From an uncultured Halothiobacillus sp. (lineage in GTDB: Bacteria > Pseudomonadota > Gammaproteobacteria > Halothiobacillales > Halothiobacillaceae): a stretch of DNA of 64,000 nt. Shown one piece after another: positions 1 through 17,308 of this stretch. The notes below the pieces were generated by a model that did not search any database, was not told where the DNA came from, and saw nothing but the letters and a program-made list of their open reading frames with translations. The stretch lies in the NCBI GenBank assembly GCA_964442775.1, contig CAYUAO010000002.1, positions 573 through 64,572 on the forward strand. Reading direction: 5' to 3'. Made by a program: the position numbers and the translations under genes. Positions within the stretch are counted from its first letter, which is position 1; the number at the start of each line of letters is the position of its first letter.

Positions 1-2512
<2,512 letters not shown>

Positions 2513-2516
<4 letters not shown>

Positions 2517-2995
2517 ACCAGACACCGATGACGGCCGCCGGGGCGGCCAAGCTGGAAGAGGAACTCAAGCGGCTGCGCGGCGTCGAGCGTCCCCGCATCA
2601 TCGCGGCGATCGCCGAGGCGCGCGAACTGGGCGATCTCAAGGAGAACGCCGAATACCACGCGGCCCGCGAGGAACAGGGCTTCGTCGAGGGACGGATCAA
2701 GGAGATCGAGGCCAAGCTCTCGCACGCGCAGATCATCGATGTCACGCGCATGCCGCCGGGCGACAAGGTGATCTTCGGGGCCACGGTCGAATTGCTTGAC
2801 CTGGATACCGAAGAGGAGATCCGCTACAAGCTCGTCGGTGACGACGAGGCCGACATCAAGCAGAACCTGATCTCGATCCACTCGCCCATCGCGCGTGCCC
2901 TGATCGGCAAGTCGGTGGGCGACGAGGTCACGTTCAACGCGCCGGGCGGCACGACGCGGACCTTCGAGATCGTCGAGGTCGAGTACATCGCCTGA
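2513..2995 (+). CDS. greA: Transcription elongation factor GreA (160 aa)
   Basis: The last 160 codons of track ORF 668..2995 read [69 protein letters not shown] 2513 overlaps the carB stop (ATGA). Confidence 0.95.
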
Positions 2996-3004
2996 CGTCG
3001 CTAA

Positions 3005-3347
3005 GGAAACTCTGCACGAATGCCATACCGCTGATGCGCGCCTTGAGCCGGGCAGATGCAAGGCGTTCGTCCGCCGCGGAAGGGTGATTCCCGCATCCTG
3101 GGACGAAACCGAATCGGCAGGACACCGATTCGGCCGGCTCGAACCGGCCCGAAGGGCGAGGTCCAAGGATGGACCTCGCGACGCAGCAGATGCCCGGCTC
3201 AAGGTGCGCCCTGCGGGGCGGCCTGCCGAGCCGCGCGTGCTCGGCGTTGCGTCGTCTTGACGTGGCCACCGGCACGCCGGCGACGCCGCGCCTTGATCAC
3301 GAACGGCTCGCCAGGCCAGAGTGGTATGGCATTCGTGCAGAGTTTCC
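3005..3347. repeat. 343-bp highly structured element bounded by perfect 25-bp terminal inverted repeats (MITE-like or a large structured RNA)
   Basis: GGAAACTCTGCACGAATGCCATACC at 3005-3029 is the exact reverse complement of 3323-3347. A nested imperfect inverted repeat pairs 3036-3059 with 3186-3209 (21 of 24). Internal hairpins lie at about 3109-3133, 3157-3178 and 3225-3245. No convincing CDS lies inside. Confidence 0.6.
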
Positions 3348-3401
3348 CTCATCGGCCGGGTCACGTCGCCGGTCGGACTTCCTTACGCAACCGTTGGATG
3401 A

Positions 3402-4963
<1,562 letters not shown>

Positions 4964-5000
4964 GTCGCCGTCCATTCGGGTGGCAGCCGGCCTGAAACGG

Positions 5001-5033
5001 AAAAGGCCCGCCAACGTGGCGGGCCTTTCTTCT
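5001..5033. terminator. Bidirectional rho-independent terminator between the carrier-protein gene and the convergent ferredoxin gene
   Basis: The GC stem GGCCCGCC (5005-5012) pairs with GGCGGGCC (5018-5025). It is flanked by AAAA on the left and TTTCTTCT on the right, so it reads as stem plus T-run on both strands. Confidence 0.7.
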
Positions 5034-5066
5034 ATCCGGTTTCCGGCCGAGGTGATTACCGATCCA

Positions 5067-5408
<342 letters not shown>

Positions 5409-5903
5409 TTACGCTCGGTTAATCTCGGCCAGTGCCCGAACGACGCCCGGAGGCACGAAATCGGTGACATCGCCGCCGAGGCGGGCGAGTTCGCGCACGA
5501 TGCTCGACGATATGAAGCCGAGATCCTCGGCCGGCGAGAGAAAGACCGTCTCGAGCTCGTGATTGAGGCGACGGTTGATCGCCGCGAGCTGGATCTCGTA
5601 CTCGAAGTCGCTCACCGCTCTCAGCCCACGTACCAGCGCCGTCGCCCCCACCTCGGCAGCGAAGTCCACCAGCAGGCCGTCGAACGAGGCCACCCGGATC
5701 GTGTCGCCGCTGTCACCGATCGCCTCCCGGGCGAGCTCCCGGCGCTTGTCGACGTCGAACAGGGTGCGCTTGCCCGAATCCCCGGCCACCGCGACGATCA
5801 CCTCGTCGAACAGTCTGGCGGCCCGCTGGGCGAGATCGACGTGCCCGTAGGTGATCGGGTCGAAGGTGCCCGGATAGACCGCGATGCGTTTACTGGCTGT
5901 CAT
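5409..5903 (-). CDS. coaD: Phosphopantetheine adenylyltransferase (164 aa)
   Basis: RIAVYPGTFDPITYGHVDLAQRAARLFDEVIVAV with the T/HxGH nucleotidyltransferase motif. The coaD-ferredoxin order matches pseudomonads. Confidence 0.95.
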   Translation of the reverse strand: MTASKRIAVYPGTFDPITYGHVDLAQRAARLFDEVIVAVAGDSGKRTLFDVDKRRELAREAIGDSGDTIRVASFDGLLVDFAAEVGATALVRGLRAVSDFEYEIQLAAINRRLNHELETVFLSPAEDLGFISSSIVRELARLGGDVTDFVPPGVVRALAEINRA

Positions 5904-5939
5904 GGGCGAGCTCCCGGGTGAATCGACGTCCCTTGCGGG

Positions 5940-6725
5940 TCAGGACAGGATCATGTGGATGCCCAGCCCGACGAGCACGAGGGCGAAGATGCGCTTGAGC
6001 GTACGGGCCGGCAGAATCTGCGCGAGTTTGGCACCGATGGGGGCGAACAGCACCGAGAACACCGCGATGCCGATCAGCGCCGGCAGATACACGTAGCCGG
6101 CCGTCATCTCCGGCAGTCCCTCGATCGCCCAGCCGCTGACCACGTAGCCCGCCGCGCCGAACAGCGCGGTGGGCAGGGTCAGCGAGGCGCTGGTCGCGAT
6201 CGCGTTGCGCGCGGTGATGTTGCAGTAGAGGAAGAACGGCGTGGTCATCGCGCCGCCGCCCATGCCCATGATCGAGGCGATCGCGCCGAAGGTGCTCGAC
6301 ACGCCGGTCAGCGGCACGATGCCGGGCAGCTGTCGACTGGCCGGCGGGGTCTTGCCGAAGGCCATCTGCAGCGCCACCGCGATCTCGAGCACGCCGAAGA
6401 CGATCTTGAGAATGCCGCCCGGGAGGTAGTGCGCCACCATCGAGCCGAGTATCGCACCGAACGCCATGCCGGGCGCGAAGCGGGCGAACACGCCCCAGAG
6501 CACGCCGCCGTGGCGGTGGTGGCTGTAGACGGAGGTGATCGAGGCAAACACGATCGCCGCGAGCGAGGTCCCGATCGCGATGTGGACCAGGTGCGGGCCG
6601 GTGATGCCGATGGTCGGGAAGATCATCAGCAGGACGGGGACCATGATAAGCCCGCCCCCGATACCGAGCAGCCCCGCGGCCAGTCCGCCGACCATGCCCA
6701 GTATGGCGAACAGCAGATATTCCAC
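5940..6725 (-). CDS. TauE/SafE (TSUP, DUF81) family anion exporter, polytopic membrane protein (261 aa)
   Basis: Hydrophobic throughout, with the duplicated glycine-rich motifs typical of the family (GLLGIGGGLIMVPVL, IMGMGGGAMTTPF). Confidence 0.8.
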   Translation of the reverse strand: MEYLLFAILGMVGGLAAGLLGIGGGLIMVPVLLMIFPTIGITGPHLVHIAIGTSLAAIVFASITSVYSHHRHGGVLWGVFARFAPGMAFGAILGSMVAHYLPGGILKIVFGVLEIAVALQMAFGKTPPASRQLPGIVPLTGVSSTFGAIASIMGMGGGAMTTPFFLYCNITARNAIATSASLTLPTALFGAAGYVVSGWAIEGLPEMTAGYVYLPALIGIAVFSVLFAPIGAKLAQILPARTLKRIFALVLVGLGIHMILS

Positions 6726-6753
6726 TGGTATGCTCCCTCAGCCGACAGGTATG

Positions 6754-8514
6754 TCAGCGCTTTTTCGGCGGCAACAGGTCCGTGATGGTCCCTTCGGCCA
6801 TCTCGGCGGCGAAGCCGAGGGTTTCCGACAGGGTGGGGTGCGGGTGGATGGTCAGGCCGATGTCCGCCATGTCCGCCCCCATCTCGATGGCGAGCATCGC
6901 CTCGGCGATCAGCTCGCCGGCGTTCGGCCCGACGATGCCGGCGCCCAGCAGGCGATGGGTCTTCTTGCAGAACAGCGCCTTGGTCATGCCTTCATCCCGG
7001 CCGAGGCTCAGCGAACGGCCCGAGGCGGCCCAGGGGAAGGCCCCTTTCTCGTACTCGACGCCCTCGGCCTTGAGCTCCTCCTCGGTCTTGCCGGCCCAGG
7101 CGACCTCGGGATCGGTGTAGGCGACACTCGGGATGCCCATCGGCGTGAAGGCCGACGGCAGGCCGCAGATGACCTCGGCGGCGACCTTGCCCTCGTGCAC
7201 TGCCTTGTGGGCCAGCATGGGTTGGCCGACCACGTCGCCGATGGCGTGGATGTGCTCGACATTGGTGCGCATGCGCTCGTCGGCGGCGATAAAGCCACGC
7301 TCGTCGACCGACACGCCGGCCTTCTCGGCATCGATTTTCTTGCCGTTGGGCGCGCGACCGACCGCGACCAGAATGCGATCGAAAACAGCGGTTTCGGGCG
7401 TTTTCTTGCCCTCGAAGGTCACATGCAGACCGTCCTTCTTCGCCTCGACGTCGGTCACCTTCGCGCCGAGGAAGATGTCCTTGTAGCGTTTCTTGAGGAT
7501 CTTCAGCAGCGGGCGGGTGAGATCCTTGTCGGCACCCGGGATGATGGTGTCGGCCAGCTCGACGATGGAAATCTCGGCACCGAGCGAATCGTAGACCTGG
7601 GCCATTTCCAGGCCGATGATGCCGCCGCCGATCACCAGCATCTTGCCGGGTATTTCCTCGAGCTCGAGCGCGTCGGTGGAATCCATCACCCGCGGATCGT
7701 CGTGCGGGATGAACGGCAGCTTCACCGGCTGGGAGCCCGCGGCGACGATGGCATTGTCGAAACGCACCAGCGTCTCCTTGCCCTCGTCGTCGACCACCTT
7801 GACGTGATGCGGGTCGACGAAGCGGCCATAGCCGCGCACGATCTGGACCTTGCGCTGCTTGGCCAGGGCCTCGAGCCCGCCGGTGAGCTTGCTTATCGTC
7901 TTTTCCTTGAAGCCGCGCAGCTTGTCGAGATCGATCTCGGGCTCGGCGAAGGTGACCCCGTGGTCGCTCATCGAACGGGTCTCGTTGAGGACCTCGGAGA
8001 CGTGCAGCAGCGCCTTGGAGGGAATGCAGCCGACGTTCAGACAGACGCCGCCGATAACGGGAAAGCGTTCGATCAGCACCACCTTCTTGCCGAGATCCGC
8101 GGCGCGGAAGGCGGCGGTGTAGCCGCCCGGGCCGGAGCCGAGCACGCAGACCTCGCACTCCACGTCGGCCTTCTCGTCGGTGGCGGCTGCCGCCGGAGCG
8201 GGAGAGGGCGACTCGTTCGTCGATTCCGAGGATGACTCGGCCGACGCCTCGGCGGTTTCACCCTCGCCACTGCCGGCGGCGGGCTCGTATTTGGCGATGG
8301 GTTTTCCCGTGCTGACCTTGTCGCCCACGCCGACCAGCATCTCGGTGATCTTGCCGGCGGCCGGGGCCGGGACCTCCATGGTCGCCTTGTCGGTCTCGAG
8401 CGTGATCAGCGAGTCCTCGGCCTCGATGGTGTCGCCGGCCTCGACCAGCACCTCGATGATCTCGACTTCGTCAAAGTTGCCGATGTCGGGCAGGTTGATG
8501 GTTTCGATGGTCAT
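6754..8514 (-). CDS. lpdA: Dihydrolipoyl dehydrogenase (E3) with an N-terminal lipoyl domain (586 aa)
   Basis: N-terminal lipoyl domain ([20 protein letters not shown]), an acidic/Ala-Pro linker, an FAD-binding GSGPGGY motif, the redox-active [13 protein letters not shown], and a C-terminal HPHPTLSE dimerisation motif. Confidence 0.95.
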   Translation of the reverse strand: MTIETINLPDIGNFDEVEIIEVLVEAGDTIEAEDSLITLETDKATMEVPAPAAGKITEMLVGVGDKVSTGKPIAKYEPAAGSGEGETAEASAESSSESTNESPSPAPAAAATDEKADVECEVCVLGSGPGGYTAAFRAADLGKKVVLIERFPVIGGVCLNVGCIPSKALLHVSEVLNETRSMSDHGVTFAEPEIDLDKLRGFKEKTISKLTGGLEALAKQRKVQIVRGYGRFVDPHHVKVVDDEGKETLVRFDNAIVAAGSQPVKLPFIPHDDPRVMDSTDALELEEIPGKMLVIGGGIIGLEMAQVYDSLGAEISIVELADTIIPGADKDLTRPLLKILKKRYKDIFLGAKVTDVEAKKDGLHVTFEGKKTPETAVFDRILVAVGRAPNGKKIDAEKAGVSVDERGFIAADERMRTNVEHIHAIGDVVGQPMLAHKAVHEGKVAAEVICGLPSAFTPMGIPSVAYTDPEVAWAGKTEEELKAEGVEYEKGAFPWAASGRSLSLGRDEGMTKALFCKKTHRLLGAGIVGPNAGELIAEAMLAIEMGADMADIGLTIHPHPTLSETLGFAAEMAEGTITDLLPPKKR

Positions 8515-8524
8515 CCGGCGCTCC

Positions 8525-9853
8525 TTACAGCATCAGTTCGCGAAGATCGGTGAGCGTGCGCGAGAGCGTGGTCATGAACCGCGCGCCCTCGGCGCCATCG
8601 ATGACGCGGTGATCGTAGGACAGCGCCAGCGGCAGCATCAGCCGCGGCTCGAACTCCGAGCCGTTCCAGACCGGCTGCATGCTCGCCTTGGAAACGCCGA
8701 GGATGCCCACCTCGGGGCCGTTGACGATCGGTGTGAACTGCGTGCCGCCGATCCCACCGAGGCTGGACACCGAGAACGTGCCGCCGGAGAGATCCTCGCC
8801 GGTGAGCTTGCCGTTGCGGGCCCGCTCCGAGATGGCCATCAGTTCCTCGGAGAGTTCGAAGATGCCTTTCTGGTCGACGTCACGCACGACCGGCACCAGC
8901 AGGCCGTTGGGGGTGTCCACGGCGACGCCGAGGTTGATGTACTTCTTAACGATCAGGTTCTCGCCATCGGGGGCGAGCGAGGCGTTCATGTTGGGGAACT
9001 CGCGCAGCACGTGCGCCAGTGCCTTCAACACGAACACCAGCGGGGTCATCTTGATGCCCTGCTTTTCCGCGCGGGCCTTCAGCGACTTGCGGAAGGCCTC
9101 CAGCTCGGTGATGTCGGTCTCGTCGAACTGCGTGACGTGCGGGATGTTGAGCCAGGCGGTCGAGAGATGCTTGCCGGAGAGCTTCTTGATCCGCGACAGC
9201 GGCTTCTCCTCGATCTCGCCGAACTGGGAGAAGTCGATTTCCGGCAGCGGCGGGATGCCCGCGCCGGTGGCGGCACCGCCCTTGGCGGCGCCTTCCATCA
9301 CCTTCTTGATCGCGCCCTCGACGTCCTCCTGCATGATGCGCCCCTTCGGGCCGCTGCCGGAGACGTTGGTCAGGTCCACGCCCAGCTTGCGGGCGAACAG
9401 GCGCACCGAGGGGCTGGCGTGGAATTTCGCGCCGGCGCCCTGGCGGTTGACCGGTGCTTCGGCCGGCGGGGCGGCTTCCTGGGCGGGCTTTTCCTCGGAC
9501 GGAGCGGACGGGGCGGGCTTCTCGGCCTCGACCGACTCCTTCTCGTCCTTCTCCTCCTTCTCGCTCGATTCTTCCGCCTTGGCTTTTTCGTCGGACGGGG
9601 CCTCGGTCTCTTCCTCGTCGGCCTCGATCTCGGCAATCAGGTCACCCTTGTTGAGGGTGTCGTCGACCTTGACCAGCACCTTCTTGATCTCGCCCGAGTA
9701 GGGGGACGGGATCTCCATCGTGGCCTTGTCGGATTCCAGCGTGATCAGCGAATCTTCCTTTTCCACCCGGTCACCGGGCGAGACCAGCACCTCGATGACG
9801 GGGGTGTTGTCGTAGTTGCCGATGTCGGGAAGGGTGATCGACTTGGTGGCCAT
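8525..9853 (-). CDS. aceF: Dihydrolipoamide acetyltransferase (E2) with a single lipoyl domain (442 aa)
   Basis: [15 protein letters not shown]...[20 protein letters not shown] (one lipoyl domain), an acidic linker, the E3-binding segment [16 protein letters not shown], and the catalytic [19 protein letters not shown] 9853 follows GGAGA; the longer track start at 9922 was rejected. Confidence 0.94.
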   Translation of the reverse strand: MATKSITLPDIGNYDNTPVIEVLVSPGDRVEKEDSLITLESDKATMEIPSPYSGEIKKVLVKVDDTLNKGDLIAEIEADEEETEAPSDEKAKAEESSEKEEKDEKESVEAEKPAPSAPSEEKPAQEAAPPAEAPVNRQGAGAKFHASPSVRLFARKLGVDLTNVSGSGPKGRIMQEDVEGAIKKVMEGAAKGGAATGAGIPPLPEIDFSQFGEIEEKPLSRIKKLSGKHLSTAWLNIPHVTQFDETDITELEAFRKSLKARAEKQGIKMTPLVFVLKALAHVLREFPNMNASLAPDGENLIVKKYINLGVAVDTPNGLLVPVVRDVDQKGIFELSEELMAISERARNGKLTGEDLSGGTFSVSSLGGIGGTQFTPIVNGPEVGILGVSKASMQPVWNGSEFEPRLMLPLALSYDHRVIDGAEGARFMTTLSRTLTDLRELML

Positions 9854-9968
9854 CAGCCTGTCTCCATGAAGCGTTGCGTGCGAGCCCGCCGCCAACGGCG
9901 GGCATCGGTCGAATGGGGCCATGCCACCGGCCGACCAATTCGGTCACCGATGGCGGGCGTGGCGAGTC

Positions 9969-12632
<2,664 letters not shown>

Positions 12633-12872
12633 TCCTCAAAGCTGTCGTTGGGTGCGTCCGAAACCCTTGCAAAGCGCATCATGTCGGGCTTCAGGTGGTC
12701 GCACCGGACCAAAATTTGTGCCTCATTATGCGCGATTCGTTCAATTTTTCCTATGTTCGGGCGCATCGTGAAGCCGTTTCATATCGCGCCAAGGCCGGGG
12801 AGAGCAGGTGGAAATCGCCGTATTGACGCGGTTCGCCGCGCGGTAATCGGGAGATCGAAAAACCCGATGCCC

Positions 12873-12900
12873 TGTCAAGGCGCATCGGTGTCTATATAAT
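12873..12900 (+). promoter_or_regulatory. Putative sigma70 promoter for argG
   Basis: TGTCAA (12873-12878), a 16-nt spacer, then a perfect TATAAT (12895-12900), about 55 nt upstream of the argG start. Confidence 0.4.
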
Positions 12901-12956
12901 GGCGCCCATTCGTGCCAATCCCGACCGCAAACACAAACCCAATTTCAGGAGTTCTG

Positions 12957-14192
<1,236 letters not shown>

Positions 14193-14295
14193 CGGTCGCC
14201 ATCGCGCAATCCGGGAACAGCCCCCGGGGCGCAGACACAGGGACGTCGTCACGTGTCCGCCGGGACGTGTGTGACAGGCAAGGGATTTCCGATAG

Positions 14296-17145
14296 ATGCA
14301 ACGTGTGGCAGATCACGGTGATTTCGTCGCGGGCCGGGTGCGCTCGCCTGCAGGCCGGGACGTGACGCGTTCCCAGGTTGCCCGTGTCGATGGCGTCGGT
14401 TCGTGCGCAGGCTGGGCACGACCGGTCCTGGCCGTCCTGCTTCTCGTCGTCAGCATGCTGCCGGCCGGGATCGCCCCGGCGCTTGCCCAGGCTTGGGCGA
14501 GCGAGGACCGGCTGGTCAGCATCGGCGTGCTCACCATCACCAGCAAGGAAGAGGCCAGGGCCCGCTGGAATCCCACCGCCGACTACCTCAGCCACCGCAT
14601 CGAGGGGACTCGATTCGAGATTCGCCCCCTCTACCTGCAGGAGATGGCACGCGCCGTGCGTCAGGGCGAGTTGCACTTCGTTCACCTCCAGCCCCTGCAG
14701 TTCATCGGGTTGCGCGACGATCACGGGCTCGAGGCCATGGCGACCCGGGTCGTTGACGGGCCGGGTGGTCCGAGCGATCGTTTCGGCTCGGTCATTGTCC
14801 GCCTCGCCGAGCGCCAGGAAATCGGGGACCTGTCCGACCTGCGCGGCACCATTGTCGCCGGGGTGGCGCCCAACGCGCTCGGCGCGTGGATCCTCGGAAT
14901 GGAAGAGATCGAGCGCGCCGGCCTATCGATCGAGGCCGACATCCTGCCCCTGTATGTCGGCCTGCCGATGAGCAATGTGCTGGGCGCGGTCGCCACAGGG
15001 CGGGCGGACGCAGGCATCGTGCGTGCCGATGTGCTCACCCGCGAGGTGGCTGATGGACGCTACTCACCCGACACCTTCACCGTGCTCAATCGCGTCAGCG
15101 AGCCGGGTTACGCGCATCCCCTGTCGACCCGGCTGGTGCCACAGTGGCCGATGGCCGCCACGACGCGGGCCGAGCCGGCCCTGCGCGAGGAGGTCCGCTC
15201 GGTGCTGCTATCGATGCCGAGCGATTCCAGCCCCGCCCGGGCCGCCGGGCTTGCCGGCTGGTCGGACCCGGTCGATTACAGCGACCTGCAGGTGCTCGCC
15301 GATCGCTGGCTGACCCCTCCGATGAGCGTCCTCGACTGGTTGCGGGCGCGGTGGTGGGTGGTCCTGGTGGCGCTGAGCGTGTTGCTCTCGCTGATGCTGT
15401 GGCAGCAATGGCGCGGACGCCGACTCCTCGAACACCGCGAGCGAGAGCACCGGGCCGCCCTGATGGCGATGCACGATGGCGTGGTCACCCTCGACGGTGG
15501 GGGCCGCATCCAGTTCCTCAATCCATCGGCCGAGCGGCTGCTGCCTGCGGACGTCGAGCCGTCGCACGCGATCGGCCAACGCCTGACCGACGTCTTCGCC
15601 CTGAAGATGCGCCACGACGACCACGAGTTTTCACTCGCCGGCATGCTCGACCGCCTGTCGGCCCGCCAGTGGGTGGAATACGCGGTGACGCTGGTGCACG
15701 GCTATCCGCGGCGGGTGCTCAACCTGACGGCGGCCCGGATGAACGGCGGCGTCGACGACGAGCGGGCGCGCCGACTCGTGGTGTCGATGATGGACATTAC
15801 GGAACTCGACCAGACCAGTAGGCAACTTGCCTATCGCGCCACCCACGACGAACTCACCGGCCTTCTGAGCCGCCGCCGGTTTTTCGAGGAGATCGAGTCG
15901 CGGTTGCACGCCGAGGACCCGGAAAAGGGTGCCGAGAAGGGAGCCCTGCTGTGGGTGGACCTGGACCATTTCCGGCTGGTCAACGAAGGCGGATCGCACC
16001 GCATGGGCGACGAACTGGTCCGTCGACTCGCCGGCTACCTGCGGGTGACGTTGCCGGCGAACGTGCCGGTGGGGCGGATGGGCGGCGACGAATTCGGCAT
16101 CTACCTGCCGGCATCGGTCGGCGAGGGGTGGCCGGAGCGTGTATTGCGAGCGATCCGGGATTTCCGCCTCGAGGGGGAGGGCAGGGCCGTTCGGACTTCG
16201 GCGAGCATCGGGGTCCGTGAACTCAAGGGAGGCGGGGCCTACAACGCCGGCACCGTGATCGAGGAAGCCGAGTCGGCCTGCGTGACCGCGCAGAAACTCG
16301 GCGGCAACCGGCTGGTCGTCTTCGAGGAGAGCGGGGCCGAACGTTCCTTGCGACAATCGGATTTCGCCGAACTCAACCGCCTCAAGCAGGCGGTCGAGCA
16401 GGACCAGTTCGTTCTTCATGCGCAGGAGATACACCCGATCGATTCTTCCGCCGCCGGCCCGCGCTTCGAAGTACTCCTGCGGCTGGCCGGTCGGGACGGC
16501 GAGCTGGGTTCCCCGGCTCCGCTGATCGAACTGGCCGAGCGCTTCAACTACATGCCGCAGATCGACCGTTGGGTCGTGCGGCGGGCACTGGCGAGCATGC
16601 ATGAATTACAGGCGTCCCGTCCCGGGACCCCGATTCGATTGTCGATCAACCTCTCCGGGCAGTCGATGAGGGACGGCGAACTGGTCGGGTTCGTCCGCGA
16701 CGAACTGCAACGCAACGGAGTCGAACCGACCAGCCTGTGTTTCGAGATCACCGAGACAGCGGCGATCGGGAATTTCGATCAGGCTGCCGAACTGATTGCC
16801 TCGATACGCGAGCTCGGCTGCGAAGTGGCGCTGGACGATTTCGGTGGCGGGCTGATCTCGTTCGAGTTCCTGCGGCGACTCGAGCCGGACGTCGTCAAGA
16901 TCGACGGCAAGCTCGTGAGTGACATGGAGCATGACCGTGTCGCGGCGGTGATCGTCGAATCGATTCACGACGTGGCGTGGGTCATGGGCGCGCGGACGGT
17001 GGGCGAGTGGGTCGAGACGCCCAGTACGCTCGCGCAGCTCGAACGTATCGGGGTGGATTTCGCCCAGGGGTATCTCCTGCACCGGCCGGAGCCGTTGGCG
17101 GAACGGTTCGCCCGGCCGCTCGGCGCGCTGTCGACCGAGGAATGA
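14296..17145 (+). CDS. Sensor protein: periplasmic PhnD-like substrate-binding domain, TM, PAS, GGDEF (intact), EAL. Predicted c-di-GMP turnover protein.
   Basis: Signal/TM segment, then SIGVLTITSKEEARARWNPTADYLS... (phosphonate-type PBP fold), TM WWVVLVALSVLLSLMLW, a PAS region, GRMGGDEFGIYLP, and an EAL domain (FEVLLRL, DDFGGGLISFEFLRRL, GVDFAQGYLL). The start is uncertain; an in-frame GTG at 14362 is an alternative. Confidence 0.85.
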   Translation: MQRVADHGDFVAGRVRSPAGRDVTRSQVARVDGVGSCAGWARPVLAVLLLVVSMLPAGIAPALAQAWASEDRLVSIGVLTITSKEEARARWNPTADYLSHRIEGTRFEIRPLYLQEMARAVRQGELHFVHLQPLQFIGLRDDHGLEAMATRVVDGPGGPSDRFGSVIVRLAERQEIGDLSDLRGTIVAGVAPNALGAWILGMEEIERAGLSIEADILPLYVGLPMSNVLGAVATGRADAGIVRADVLTREVADGRYSPDTFTVLNRVSEPGYAHPLSTRLVPQWPMAATTRAEPALREEVRSVLLSMPSDSSPARAAGLAGWSDPVDYSDLQVLADRWLTPPMSVLDWLRARWWVVLVALSVLLSLMLWQQWRGRRLLEHREREHRAALMAMHDGVVTLDGGGRIQFLNPSAERLLPADVEPSHAIGQRLTDVFALKMRHDDHEFSLAGMLDRLSARQWVEYAVTLVHGYPRRVLNLTAARMNGGVDDERARRLVVSMMDITELDQTSRQLAYRATHDELTGLLSRRRFFEEIESRLHAEDPEKGAEKGALLWVDLDHFRLVNEGGSHRMGDELVRRLAGYLRVTLPANVPVGRMGGDEFGIYLPASVGEGWPERVLRAIRDFRLEGEGRAVRTSASIGVRELKGGGAYNAGTVIEEAESACVTAQKLGGNRLVVFEESGAERSLRQSDFAELNRLKQAVEQDQFVLHAQEIHPIDSSAAGPRFEVLLRLAGRDGELGSPAPLIELAERFNYMPQIDRWVVRRALASMHELQASRPGTPIRLSINLSGQSMRDGELVGFVRDELQRNGVEPTSLCFEITETAAIGNFDQAAELIASIRELGCEVALDDFGGGLISFEFLRRLEPDVVKIDGKLVSDMEHDRVAAVIVESIHDVAWVMGARTVGEWVETPSTLAQLERIGVDFAQGYLLHRPEPLAERFARPLGALSTEE

Positions 17146-17308
17146 GGATTCGGCCGGGTGTATCGTCGCCCCCGGGGCGCGGTATCGCCCCTGGGGAATC
17201 CTCGGGGCTCCGACCAGGGAGGAAACCGATGGTGACGACGACATGCCGTTGACTGAGACGGACTTCTTCCTCGGGGCCGGGGGGCGACGTGGGGCGTGCG
17301 GTCGTGCC

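Noticed and set aside
3323-3340. Sigma54 promoter-like strings: TGGCATTCGTGCA at 3327, and TGGCAGGATCGTGCCA near 20862.
   Set aside because: The GG-to-GC spacing is off by three nucleotides and one nucleotide respectively from the strict TGGCAC-N5-TTGC geometry.
3005-3347. Retron msr/msd RNA, RNase P RNA, tmRNA or 6S RNA as explanations for the structured element.
   Set aside because: No reverse transcriptase gene follows it. None of the hallmark sequences I know are present (the RNase P GGAAAGTCCGGGC-type core, the tmRNA tag ORF and tRNA-like end, or the 6S size and bulge layout).
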